From Nageia nagi (taxonomy: Eukaryota > Plantae > Pinophyta): DNA of 64,000 nucleotides. A program made the position numbers and the translations under genes. Positions 13,960 to 27,102 of this stretch are shown one piece after another. Location of the stretch: assembly GCA_050084985.1 (NCBI GenBank), contig JBITNC010000001.1, positions 82,088,001-82,152,000 of the forward strand. Direction: 5' to 3'. The notes under the pieces were generated by a model. It ran no database searches. It was not told the DNA's origin and was given only the letters and a program-made list of their open reading frames with translations. Position 1 is the first letter of the stretch. Each line of letters begins with the position of its first letter.

Positions 13960-14363
13960 CTAGATGATTTCTTAAAAAATGTTAATGACAAGAATAAGAG
14001 CAACATTGTGTTCCACGCCAATTTAAAGTTGGAGAAATAGTTTAGTTGTGACCTCAAAAGGAGAGACTTGCATGATTGCATACAAAGATCAAACCTCTAT
14101 ACTGTGGACATTACACCATCACCAAGAAAGTGGGAGAGAATGCCTTCAAGTTGAATTTGCCATCTTATCTTGGTCTACATCACATCTACATGGAGACTCT
14201 CAAGGCCTATCACCGGCCTTTGTGGGACATTTCAGTAGTAAAAAAACAAGTGAAGATTGAAGAACACTATCCTAATAGTCTTGCACCAATAGAAGATCAT
14301 AAAGTGGGCACATGGACTAAGATCACAAGGGGACAATATATTAAGATGTACAATGTCCATTGA
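13960..14363 (+). pseudogene. Gypsy integrase C-terminal (GPF/Y) fragment from a different lineage
   Basis: KERL...KIKPLYCGHYTITKKVGENAFKLNLPSYLGLH resembles the K.L.PRY.GPF.I..K.G.NAY.L.LP motif. Confidence 0.7.
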
Positions 14364-17300
14364 TGTACTAATGTAATACTCATTTAATCTTTTCTTGTAA
14401 CTTGCAAAAAGTGAGCCACGACATTTGATTTTGGTGACCTACCACTGCCCAAAATCTAAATTGGGTGAAATGTCACCTCCTACTAGTTTCTATATAACTA
14501 GATGTATCTTAAATGCAAAATACTAACAAGATGCAATAGCATAGCCTCACATCTCTTCTTAGAGATTGCCAATATTGTATTATACCTTTTGATTAATGAA
14601 ATGAGTTTTATATTTTGTGAATGCTCTTTTGTCTCTTTCTATTTCGAAATTTTGTTATTACAACTTGTAATTCTAAATCTCCAATCTGTTCTTGTAATCA
14701 AAATTCTTCTTTCCAGATCAAAAGTCAAATTAAGAAAGGAGTTGGAAGAGTAAAATTCTAAGCTAAACTTGAGATAGTCCATGAATTTGTCTAGAAATTC
14801 TCACCAATATTTTGACACAACTACGTAAGAGGCTAGAACAAAATCAAGGTCGAATCCCCTTACTTGCCTATGTATTATTTTTAAAAGAGATTAAAAATCT
14901 ATAAACAAATTCAATAGATGGTAAGACATAAGGATGCTAGTTCTTTGTAAGTTAATTGGATTTTGCCAAAGAAAAATTAGACAAACATCTATGGAATCTT
15001 TAAATGCCATCAAGTATAATATTAAAGTTTCAAATGTGTGGCAAGGAGAATGCTTGTAGCTCGTTTGAGCTTGTTGATGGTTACATTTATTTGCTATTAA
15101 ATATGATACATTCAAGCTTTCAATTAAAATAGTAGTGGGACATATTAGGTAGAAGGTTGATGATGTGTAAATATGGAATATTGATAATTATTTAGTAATA
15201 TTGCTTATGCTTCTAAACACTTAATAAAGACCTACAGTATGTGATTCAAACATTAACAAATTGACAATTTATAGGTATGTAGAATAATTACAATAAATGG
15301 AATGGTAAAGAAATGGTGAAGGTTCCCATTACTAGCATAAATATATTGTATGAAGATTGTGAATCATACAATAGAACATACATACATATATTTTATGGAT
15401 ATTGCATTGCTAGCTTATCATTTTGTAATTCATATATTTGGAGTTCATATTAATGAATAATATCAATACTTTGAAATTAAATACTTAGGCTTGCATTTGT
15501 AAGCATAATCCCACAGGGGTACACAATTGTGAGACAATGGAATGAGCAATTTAGGGAGTTCCAAATTTCGCTCTATTTATTCCATTGCATGTATTGTTTT
15601 CAGTAATGCCTTTGACAATACAAACTCCTTTTCTATCATCCATTAAACCTAGCTTAATACCTTTCTATCATCCATCAAACCTAGCCTAATAATGGTATCA
15701 TAGATCGACCCATTCCTATGCATTTGTTTGACTATGTGGATCGACACAATTTTGTTTAAAGCATTCATGCTTCAACTCAATCAGAAATGAACAATAATTC
15801 AAACGTATGTTGAGACTAACAATTCATGCTAAGACTATAGGATCCCTTCATATACTCTACAATTTCATTCATTGCCTTGAATTTCTTCTCTCTACCTTGC
15901 AATTAGTTAATCATGTGGTCTCATGATTGAATCACACATGTCAATAATAGGTAGAAGCAAAGCCTACGATAAGCATCCTCAAAACACCCTTGCATTTCTA
16001 TTAACAATATGATAAAATCCTCAACAAAATGGGGAAGGAATTTTTGGAATAGTTATGAAGTGTTGAAACAAGTTAAACATGAATATGGGACGTTAAAGGG
16101 GTTGCTTGCAATTAAAGAGTTAGTTTAATTGCAAAAATAAAGTATATAGTTATAGTTGTGAGTTTTGATATATTACACATACAACCAAAACATTGGAGTT
16201 GTTGGCATAAGTGGACATCTTGACTCAATGCATATGCATTTTACAACCATGGATTTCTTCAACCCAAATCCATTCCGAAAATAATTCCTTTGCAAACCAT
16301 GATTCAAATGTATGATCTCTTGTAGTGATGACCAATATTACTAATTATGAAACATACTAGTTACATAAAGATAATATATTATAACAAGAAAAATTTAACG
16401 ATGAAAAGAACTGCAATAGAATCCCATCGGGAAGGTGAGGGAGCGTAGCACTCTTTGATGATTTCTTAGAGTTATAAACAATGTCCAAGTCACCATGCAT
16501 TATACCAAATCCAGTTTCCTTCTCTTCAGCCTTCATATTGATACCAACAAAAGAATTGTAACATATCAAACATATCTTGCAAACTTAGTTTCACACTTGG
16601 TTTCAAATTTTAGTTTCTGGTATATGTTGATTCACTCGTCTTCAAACGTAACACTAATGGCAATAGGAGAAAATATTAGAATCCAAACACATATCACACA
16701 AAGGTTGCAAATTTTGGTTTTACACTTTAGATGTTATGCAACCTTGTTTCCTCATTCAAATGGATTCTATGGCATTCAAATTATTTGCATTCATCAATCC
16801 TCATCTAACGCATATTACTAACATAACAAAGACATGGCATATTTTACGTAAGAAAGGTATTCAGCAAATTTGTATTACAAAGCGTCTCCAAGTACACTAA
16901 TACAAAATTTCAGTGATAAGCCCAAAAAGCTTTATAGCCTGCATATGATCTCTAAAGTTTTGATAGATTAAAAACATTCATACTATAAAAATCTAAAAAC
17001 AAAATACCTGCTTGGATCTTTGCTTTGAGGTTAACACCCAATCCAATTAAGATTTTCCATCTTCACAAAACTTATGGACTGTCAAGGGCAAAAATCATAA
17101 TTATCTAAATTAAAATTTAACATCCTAACTGGTCAAGGATGTGATAAATTTCTCTGACCATTAGTTAAAAATGCATGTCCTTTGAAATATAATTGCGACT
17201 AAGACGCCAAATTCGTGAACACCCATCTTTCTTAGAAAAAAATGTCAAAACAATATGGCAAAGGCCATAGACATTCTATTTTGCATTAATTATCTAAAAT

Positions 17301-19345
17301 TTTAATTTAATTAAAGTATTGAAGGCAATTCAAAACACAAAATAAATATGGTGTCTTTATTTTGATCAGTTTCATAATTATATATCTTTTGGCTGTATTT
17401 TGGAGACTTTAAAGGTGTCAAAATATTCATTCTGCACTTTTTTCCGGTGGTCAATGCAAGATAGGATATAAAATCACATTTACTTATCTAAACTCTTAAT
17501 AAATATTCTTAACATCCAAAGAGGATGAATCACACGGGTAAAACGCTATATCTTCGAGATCATGGAACAGGGCTCCATTACATTTCACAGACGATAGATA
17601 CATCTCAAAAACTCTCACTTCTCTCCTGAGGAACTTTACTAGGTTGACTTCATTTCTTAAGAACAATCTCCTCAGTGAAAAATTGCCAGCTTGCAAAACG
17701 TTGTGGGCTTGCATTTATTTCCATTCTGGAGGATTACACTAGTTCATTTTATACAGTGCAACAAAAGGACCTTCTAATAACCCTAGAGGCTGCATACAAT
17801 TGATTCAACAAATGCTATAGAGATATTGATTTATATATACATATTCAAAATCATTATTTGGTCATTATTATATCTAGATGATTTGTTTAGTAGTGGGGCA
17901 TGTTTGTTTAGTAGCCTTTAATAAAGGAGCACTTGGGTCTTCACTATGTTACCCCATGTTTAAGACTGAAAAGAATCTTATTGAGAAGAAGAGGATTATT
18001 ACCCATAAGCACACACCACAGACATAAAATTTGACATCAACATGAGTCCTTGCTCTCATTTCTTGTCAAATAAGTTTATAAAAATCCCATAATTTTTAGA
18101 AGCTGAGATACAGGTTTAGAAGCTGAGATACAGGTTACAGTCATGATAAGAAAAGAAACTACTTAGCAGGAGATTGTCTCATCTCTGTGTCTATAACTTG
18201 TGTTGCTACATACTTATGTACACAGACATCAACTCAAAAGTTATATGTATAATACGAGTTGTAGAAATAATGTTTTACATCTGAAATATATTTTACCCTG
18301 ATTTTGGTGTCAGCAACAATTTTTTGCTTTTTGTATGTTCAAGCCAATTACAACTTGGAGGACAAATAGTCTTTGTTTCCTAGAGGAAGCTGACATGAAA
18401 AGTCCTTATGGATAAATATTTTGACATTCCAGTAATCCCATATTGGAAAATACTGAATATGAATGATGGTTTGATGTTGTGTGATGATCCAAATGGACCT
18501 CTACTCAAAAATGCTCAATTACAACCCACAAACCCTGACGTCAAGCCTAGGGCATCCACAACACACCACCAAACCCTCAAGAATGCAACGTTAGGGTTAG
18601 AACATCAACATTACACATTCAAAATGCTAAGATATCAACGTCTGGCTGTAACATGCATTAATCAATCAACCAAATATCAAAATACCATCGGATGATAGAT
18701 ACAAGCATAAACATCCACAATAATCCAATGCATGCACAAGATGAGTCAACGCAATACAAGTGTGAGATCCAATCACCTTTGGCGGTATACAAATGATATG
18801 GAACAGTACAACACAATACCAAACCCTAAGGGGCAGTTGTTGGCCTCTCTAGGGCACAATAATGAATATCCTCAAATATTGGAAGAACCATAGGACAGAA
18901 ATGCTCCCTTAGACCTTGAATCCTCTCCATCGAAGGAGCCCTTCTCGAACTCTGGATAACCATCGAAGGTAGAAGCAAATCCTTGAAATCCCACCGGATG
19001 GGCAAAGATGCTACACCAGTGCCGTAGACAAACAGGATCCCTCAGCCTGAATTTCCTCTAAACGTTGCACCAAGGATAGGTTGCTTAACACTGCTAAGAC
19101 TTGATGTCTGATGGACTGTAGAAGAGTAATAATAATCAAGCATATCCAGTAATGAGCCTACAATGTCTATTTATACATAATCTCTGTCACGACCCTACTT
19201 AGGAATTTTCACCCAACTCCTCTTATCCAAGGTTGGCCTCCTGGTGGCCCGGAATGCCCAACATGGGTGTCTAATGGCCGAACACGCCAACGTAGGACCC
19301 AGGGGTGCATTAAGTGCCAATGGATGAGCTACGGGATGCCACGCC

Positions 19346-19834
19346 TGTTAGAATTTGTAATGAAATATTGTGAATATCTAGACTCCTTGTAAATTCAATT
19401 AATCACTTAAAGGTATGTAGATACCTTAAGTGATTAATAGAATTCTTTAATATGTAGACATTGACTTTACCAAAGGAGTTAGTTGGTAGGTTGAAGTTTG
19501 GTGGTACATTTAATGTAACCCTAACCTTACCCTTGGGTTAAAGGAAGGTTAGGGAGGTGCTCTCAACCTATAAATAGAGGGCCTCTCCTCATGTAAACAT
19601 ATCTAAGTTTTGAGTAAGATTACTCTACTTGGTTGTGTAGGAGAGAGCTAGAGAATAGTTGTAAGAGAGACATAGATTTGAGAATAAGAGAACTAGTTGT
19701 GGATGTACTCCCAAGGAGGGAGGAACCACATTATATTGATGTGTTATCTTGAGTGATTGTGTTATCTTGTGTACACTTGAGTTTCCTAGTCTAAGGTCCT
19801 AGAGGATTTGTTTAGATCTAGTTCAAATCCTTCA
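19346..19834 (+). repeat. 5' LTR of deleted Copia
   Basis: Direct repeat of 21393-21881. One mismatch seen by eye (GACATTGAC vs GACTTTGAC). Contains TATA CCTATAAATAG. Confidence 0.95.
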
Positions 19835-19843
19835 TATGGTATC

Positions 19844-20569
19844 GTTGTATCACTGAGCTCAGATTCTCAGTTGGCTGATGCTACAGCTTATAGACAATTG
19901 ATTGGTAGTCTTCTGTATCTGACTATCTCTCGTCCTGATATTGCCTTTGCAGTGAATCTCATGGCACGATTCATGCAAAAACCATATGTTGAACACCTCC
20001 ATGCTGTTAAGCAAATCTTGAGGTATGTCGCAGGGACAAAGGATCTTGCTCTTAAGTATTCCAAAGTGCCCTCAATTGTTCTCTCAGGGTTCTCAGATTC
20101 TGATTATGGGGGAGATAGAGATGACAGAAAATCAACCTCTGCATATGTGTTTAGCATTGGTTCAGGTGCTATCTCTTGGGCTTCCAAGAAGCAACCTACT
20201 GTGACTCTTTCTACCACCGAAGCCGAATATCGAGCCATGTCTGTTGCCGCCCAAGAAGCTATTTGGCTAAGACATCTCCTGAACGAAATTGGGTATAAGC
20301 AAAATGGCCCCTCTCTTATTTCGTCAGATAATCAATCGGCTATCTCTTTGGCTAAGAATCCTGTGTTCCATCAGCGAACCAAACATGTAGAAATCCAAGC
20401 TCATTTTATCAGGGAGAAGGTTCTAGATGACATCATACACTTGCAGTATTGTCCATCTACTGAAAACTCCGCTGATTTGTTCACCAAGCCCCTTCCTGAA
20501 GCTCAGTTCTGCAAGCTTAGGGATTCTCTCGGGTTGGTGAAGTTGCCCTCAAGGGGGAGTGAAGTTTAA
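19844..20569 (+). pseudogene. pol: Copia pol C-terminal fragment (end of RT + RNase H), open frame but 5'-truncated
   Basis: YRQLIGSLLYLTISRPDIAFAV, GFSDSDYGGDRDDRKSTS, SWASKKQPTVTLSTTEAEY, DNQSAI..AKNPVFHQRTKHVEI, ADLFTKPL. Confidence 0.9.
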
Positions 20570-20631
20570 ACTTTTGTTAGTGATGACAACTTCACCTCTA
20601 AGAGGCCTTTTTTTGATTGTACATTCTAGAA

Positions 20632-20906
20632 CTCCGTGGTAAGTTTGCTCTGCGTGACAAACTTGTACAATTGTTGTCATAGAGTGTTGATTATTTTATA
20701 CCTCAGTGGTAAGTTTGCTCTGCGTGACAAACTTGTTGTACATTTTATACCTCCGTGGTGAGTTTGCTCTGCGTGAGAAACTTATTGTACAAATTTTGAG
20801 CATGTAATTAATATACCTCCATGGTAAGTTCGCTCTGCGTGACGAACTTGTTGTACATTCTATACCTCCGTGGTGAGTTTGCTCTACGTGAGAAACTCGT
20901 TGTACA
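20632..20906 (+). repeat. Array of five ~40-45-bp hairpin repeats in the Copia 3' region
   Basis: CTCCGTGGT(A/G)AGTT(T/C)GCTCTGCGTGA(C/G)(A/G)AACT..TTGTACA at ~20632, 20701, 20750, 20816, 20865, separated by spacers of differing length. Confidence 0.9.
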
Positions 20907-21392
20907 ATTTTATGCTCTATTTTAAAATCAACACATGTCTATATACAACAGGTGACTATGAGTGATGGCTTGGCATCTCCGTGATGGCTTATAGTGCACC
21001 ATTGATCAGTTATTTATAAGATGGCATTATTTGATTCTCTTATTTGAATATATGATGCATCTAACTGATTTTGTTCATGAGTTGCTTGTAGCATGCAGGA
21101 TCTTCTTTAGAAATGCAGGTTACTCACCTTGTGAAAGCAAGCTCATGGAGACTCACATGTCAGCTTAAAGTTGATCGACTACTATGTACAGTGAAACCAG
21201 TTGTGGTTAATGATTGTATTGTAAACCATTTTTGTCAAATGGTAATGTAGTGAGTCTCATACTAGTTCTCAAAAAGATTCTCAAAATATGTAAAAGTTCT
21301 CATCTCCACTTGTATCTCTATGGAGGAGAACTCTCTCTTACTCTCTCTCTTCTCTCTTCTACGCTCTATCCCAATATTGCATTAAGGGGGAG

Positions 21393-21881
21393 TGTTAGAA
21401 TTTGTAATGAAATATTGTGAATATCTAGACTCCTTGTAAATTCAATTAATCACTTAAAGGTATGTAGATACCTTAAGTGATTAATAGAATTCTTTAATAT
21501 GTAGACTTTGACTTTACCAAAGGAGTTAGTTGGTAGGTTGAAGTTTGGTGGTACATTTAATGTAACCCTAACCTTACCCTTGGGTTAAAGGAAGGTTAGG
21601 GAGGTGCTCTCAACCTATAAATAGAGGGCCTCTCCTCATGTAAACATATCTAAGTTTTGAGTAAGATTACTCTACTTGGTTGTGTAGGAGAGAGCTAGAG
21701 AATAGTTGTAAGAGAGACATAGATTTGAGAATAAGAGAACTAGTTGTGGATGTACTCCCAAGGAGGGAGGAACCACATTATATTGATGTGTTATCTTGAG
21801 TGATTGTGTTATCTTGTGTACACTTGAGTTTCCTAGTCTAAGGTCCTAGAGGATTTGTTTAGATCTAGTTCAAATCCTTCA
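21393..21881 (+). repeat. 3' LTR of deleted Copia
   Basis: Direct repeat of 19346-19834, preceded by the PPT. Confidence 0.95.
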
Positions 21882-22770
21882 ACGCCTACACACATGGGGG
21901 AGAGGGGGCATACGTGGGATCTAGGAGTCAAGCTAGGCCAACGTGGGGGTATGGGACCCTCCCCAAGCCTGGCGCAAGCATACAAGTGACCATCCAATAC
22001 ATAAATAGACCTTGGGATTCTCACAATCATTATCGGGAACTCCAAGCACGATAAATACTCCTAATCTATCTTTAGGAGGGAGACATCCCACTTGGGGCTC
22101 ACACTGGGGTCCATTGACCCATTAAATCTCCTATTCTAAGTTACAAACATACAAAACAATACATAAGAAGAGTATATTACAAGTAGATCCTTTCAAACCC
22201 ACAACTAATGCCTGGTGGACAAGGGGGACGTCACATGTTGGTATTTGTATTTTAATTTTTGTTTGCAATATTTCTATCATATTTATAGTATTCCTGCCAT
22301 TTCTTCTAGCAGTGGTATTGAATTTAGAGATTATTGGATAAATATTTACAATTGCTCAAGTAAGTCAGTGTTACAGAAGAATAAAGGGGAATTTCAAGAA
22401 GAAACTTCAATCTCAAAAAGAAGTCCCTTCCTCCACGAAGAACAAATTTGAAGCAAGCAAAGCTGGTATGTACCAAAATCAAGCAAATACAGGAAAGGAA
22501 CAAACTTTTACTTCACAAGATGCAATGGAAACTTAAATTTACGATTCAAAAGCTAGAAATCATTCAGGTTGAATGTCAAACATTAAAAATAAAAGAGAAG
22601 TCAAAATCGTAAGTTGAACAAAGTCTTCTTCTAATTCCATAGAAAGTACAAATGAATTATTTAGAATTTTGCTGAAACATAGTAAAGATTTTAGCTTTGA
22701 GATGCTGAAGAAATGGGTTTTGATGGCCATGGTCATGGAAAGAATAGCCAAGGAGTACAGAGGGTTTGGA

Positions 22771-23612
22771 TATAGTAAAACACGTCGGGACTCATCGGGA
22801 CTTGCAAAAACTCGCGAGTGCCTAGTCCGAGTTCCGGCAGCTTGCATTCGTCGAGTCGATGAATCCCATTTCGCAGCCAAAGTCGTAAGTTTCGGTGCTC
22901 GGACTCGCTGGACAGGAATTGTTTAAAAATAGGTGCCTAGATTGATTTAATAATTGCATTTTTACTCAGATTTACTCATTTTACAAGCCACAACTTGTAT
23001 TGAGCACCATACCCAAGGGAAAAACATAAGAGATATGGATATTGACTGTATCTCCTAACATCTCTAAGAAACTTAAAATTTATATTTCTTTTTAAACTTT
23101 TTTGTTGAATTACAGCTGTGTGGTGGGAATCCTTTGGTAACATCCAGTTCCATATCTCAAGCACAAAAGGAGCTTATCGCTAATGTTAGGACAAATGGAA
23201 AAGGACAGAAAAAAATTGAAGTTTTCAGCCATCATAGATACTAGATTGTGCGCCTTTGTATTTTGCAACCATCATAGACTCAAAAGCGCATTTTGTATTG
23301 TGAACTTTGAAGTTTTTAACATTTTGATGAATATAAACATATCCCCTTCCTAGTCGCCATTTCTTATTTGTAATTCATAAATTGTTAATATTGTAAATTG
23401 TATAATGTTGATGTTGAGTAAGTAGGCTTCTAGAAGATACTAATAACAATAATAAGTAATATGCAATAAAAAAAACATATTTTCGATGAAAATATTTTTT
23501 TTCATTTTTCCGTTTTGCTGAGTTTCTACCAAATCTGATCAATTTTTGCATCGAATCTTGAGTCCAAGTGAGCCTTGGTGAGTCCGAGCCAAGTCCAACC
23601 CTGACTGCTATG
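22771..23612 (+). mobile_element. Non-autonomous hAT-like deletion derivative
   Basis: GC-rich subterminal GACTC/GAGTC motif clusters at both ends. Internal AG acceptor followed by (A)VWWESFG (~23115-23140), typical of hAT transposases. Imperfect TATAGTA...TGCTATG termini; no TSD found. Confidence 0.5.
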
Positions 23613-24859
23613 GTAATTAAAAAGCAAGAAAGTGCTCTAAACGATATAGTTCATTGTTGTTTTATGCCACTGAACCAGAAAAGATGCGGTAAAATAGAAA
23701 TATATATCTCTCCAATGGGTGTTAATGGCCCCATCTTGGCCAGAATAGCCATAAAGTTCTACAAATTTGGTAAAGGCTAAAGTATGGAATGCTTAGATTC
23801 CTTGAAGTAATTATTAATTACAAAATATGAAAGTGCTCTACTGAGTTTTCAAGAGTTTAAGTTCATTCTTACTAAGTTTTCAAGTTCATTCTTGAAGTAA
23901 GTTTCTATTTCAAAGTTGTATGAGGGAAACTTGGTTTGGTGTTGGCCAGCAGTATCTTTCAACATTACTAGATGAGTTCAATCCAAAGATAAGGATTAAA
24001 TTAAGTACCTCTATGCTCAATTTCATGCTCAAAGTGTTGTATAGAAAGTAGAGGATGTTAGAGAGATATGTAGTAGAGGATGTTCTACAAGGAAGTATTG
24101 TACAATTTTCTCTTCAAGGAAGGAACCCAAGTCAAAATAGAACATTATAGAAATATACATGAAAAGGGAATGTTGGAAAATATGTATAGTTTATAAATGT
24201 GTTTTGTCTTAATATGTGGGTGTTAGTAATCATTTGGCCTTTTGTGTGTACTAGTTAGTTATAACTTGGAAGATTAACAATCTGTCTTTTAGTGTATGTT
24301 GAGAAATCACTCTACATAGGTCTTTTGGCATTCCAATGTATTATATATTTGACATATTGAATAAGAAATACAACATAAGGTTTATATTGGTATTCTATCT
24401 TTATTATGTGCAAATAAAAAAAAATGTATTAAAACTTGTCCAATAAATTATATCTAAAGGCAGTATAGAGATCTAATAATTAGGGCCATGCATTATTTAC
24501 AAGAGAAGATACAAGGAAGACTTGTCCAAAATTTTAGGATTAGAGGGACAACTTGTGTTCTAGGAGGATGAATCTTGGACCCTTGGTGTTCTAGAGTGAG
24601 TGAATGGTGAATCTACATTGTGCTAGCGTAATTGGGATCAGTTTGAGGCTAATCTAGATTAGGGATATGATCAACCGCATTTTTAGATGAAGGTTCCAAA
24701 AATGCCCAAATTTTGGACTCGAGGTCCAAAACACCCACATTCTAGTTTTGGCATGAACATATGTAGATTAAACTCTAGCAAAAGTTCCACCAATTGCTAG
24801 ATCGGTTAAGAAGATAGGTTGTCCAAGTCAACTGAGATTGGATTAAAACTATGGGCTTC

Positions 24860-25705
24860 TAGGGAACAGCCAAGTTGAGAATAGTTGTGGCCAATCATAC
24901 ATACATCACCACCTTATGTGAGTGGTAAGATCAAGAAAGAAATAATTTTCATTTCCCCATAGGAGAAATAATGATCAACTTAGAGAATATATACCGCATA
25001 TTCAAGATCCTCAACAAGGAGGAGAGGATTGTGGTCACAAGGACTCAAGAAAGATGATGTCTTGACTTTGTTAGGATCAACTTTTATGCCTCATTTTCAT
25101 ACAATGAATCATATATTGGTCACATGTTTTGGATTTTAAAAGTTAGTCATCCACATAATCTTTGACAATGTCATGCATATACTCATAAAACATGTATTTC
25201 ATTTCTAGTTGATAGGTTGCACTTGCGTTTTTATGACCAAATGAAATTACTTTATAACAAAAACTACCCCAAGGTGTAGTGAATGATGCCTTGTATTGAT
25301 CCTCGGGGGCAACCTTCATTTGATTATAACTAGAAAAACCATCCATTAGAAATAACATTTTGTGTCTTGCAGTTGAGTCTACTAACATATTGATGTTCAA
25401 AGGAGGAAAATTGGATGTATATTTCATAGCTTTTGCTTGATTGATCTTGTGTTCTTATCTAAAACCAAGTTGTGAACAATGCGGTTTAGATCTAGTCCCG
25501 ACATGTACCTGTAACACAAAGCAAAGACTTTTGAGTATTCTTTTAATAATACCGTAAAGTCTTGCCTTTCCTTTTCCCTTAAAACTTTGCTATTTGAACC
25601 ACCATTGGATTGTTAGGATCATTATTCAATTTAATGTTTATGTTCTCCTTGATATGCATGTGTGATCCATCCTCTACTTAATTTGGAACTGGTACCCAAT
25701 GATGA
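24860..25705 (-). pseudogene. pol: Old Gypsy pol relic (RT/RNase H), left part of the target split by the giant element
   Basis: MLVDSTARHKMLFLMDGFSSYNQMKVAPEDQYKASFTTPWGSFCYKVISFGHKNASATYQ...DYVDD (25143-25427); pre-RT MSGLDLNRIVHNL ~25450-25504. Confidence 0.8.
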
Positions 25706-27102
25706 TGTTGGTATGTTTTTCTTTCCTCACCCAAAACATGCACAAGACTTGGAGGAAACAACGTTACTTCTTTTTGCCTGAAACGACTGGTTACCCCAAG
25801 CACTCACATGGAATATAGTCTTAATGGCTCAGCAGTTAAAGATGCATGTTGTTAACCGTATACAAGGGAAATAAACATCGGAGATCCTTTCCTTAATGAG
25901 GAACGATTGTAAATGTGAATGAAAGCAAAGAAAGATCACAAATGCAAGGACAAAAACAAGGATAAATGCAAGGGAATGCAAGGAAAGGAAAAAACCTATG
26001 AGAACGTCATCAGGGATACAGTGTCTCGACGGGTCATCTTCAGATTCATTAAGGTCAATACACTCACCATCAAGCCAGATAGCAAATAGCAAATATGCTC
26101 AAATCACTACCAGACGAGAGCAGGAAGATGTAGGGTATTTATGGAAGACTCAATGGAAAGGGTAAAGATGGAGTGAGAGCGTAAGTGCAGTAACCTAGCC
26201 AAATGACATAAAGACAAGCTGCAGGTCTCATATTATATCCACTTGCGTGCAAACTATGCAAACAAGGATCAATCTCTTTCACAAAATGGTCAATATGCAG
26301 TTCATAGAAAGAACCATTCAGATATGCATAATCCCACAAATGATGTTCCTCACAGTATAACTTTATGATTTTATTCCTCTAGACAAACACATTCATAATG
26401 ATTTTCAATAACAGAACATGCATAGAACCCCTTATGTAGCAATCTTCTATGCAATCAAATGTGAATCTTATGACATGCAAAGGCTCAAAATGATTGTACA
26501 AATAAACTCAATAGCCTCAATCTCAAAATGCAAGAACTCCAATATATGATGTTGTCATTACATGTAAAAGTCCAAGGCAAAAACAGTACAAAGATCATAT
26601 GCATAAACTCTTCATGTCAAAATTCCTCATGCAAAAATCCCATATGTAAAAATCCCCTTCTAAATGGCCTGAGTGGGGTATAAACAGGCCACTACAAGTG
26701 ATGCCCTAAAGATATCAAATTTGATATGATGTGCACACACATTGAACACACATACCAATACAAAATCAAATATCTTCACACAAAACTATATAAGTGGCAT
26801 TTAAAGCTGACAAAATATAAATGCCACCACCGAAATGCATCTACTCTACATCTAATCTATGCAACAGACAATCAGATATGCAATAAATAGTCTAAAAAGG
26901 TCCGACATCTAAACCGGCGAAAGCAAAACCTCATCCTTGCACCAGTTAGAGTCATAAATGAGCCGACAGATTTGATTTGGCAGGAGCAAAACCTCATCCC
27001 TACACCAGTCAAATCAAAATAAAGTCTGACATAACCAACATAACCATATGCATGGAACACAGAAAAAAGATACCACAAATGAAGTCTACAGGTGAATCAG
27101 AT

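Larger units (their letters stand above)
19346..21881 (+). mobile_element. Young, internally deleted Ty1/Copia element
   Basis: TG..CA LTRs of 489 bp. TSD ACGCC at 19341-19345 and 21882-21886. Truncated PBS TGGTATCG at 19837, PPT TTAAGGGGGAG before the 3' LTR. Only the RT C-terminus and RNase H remain. Confidence 0.95.
18480..22235 (-). mobile_element. Solo LTR (~1.2 kb net) interrupted by a Copia insertion
   Basis: Termini TGTGATG...CGTCACA. 5-bp TSD TGTTG at 18475-18479 and 22236-22240. Minus-strand TATAAATAG ~19167-19175. Termini resemble those of the solo LTR 36304-43870 in opposite orientation. Confidence 0.85.

Noticed and set aside
16900-17078. Minus-strand exon-intron-exon pattern (exon 17008-17078, 69-nt intron 16939-17007) suggesting a host gene
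   Set aside because: Splice signals are canonical but the exon has stops in all three frames and no recognisable protein; it could be UTR/lncRNA or chance and needs RNA-seq.
15627-18140. Short two-copy duplications at ~15627-15690 and ~18098-18136
   Set aside because: Ordinary local slippage; no further structure.
20632-20906. CRISPR-like repeat-spacer appearance
   Set aside because: Lies inside a plant Copia element, spacers are short, unequal and partly duplicated, and there are no cas genes.
22377-22465. Possible plus-strand coding exon (TTACAG...GCTG/GTATGT)
   Set aside because: Isolated, low-complexity translation with no recognisable homology or partner exons.
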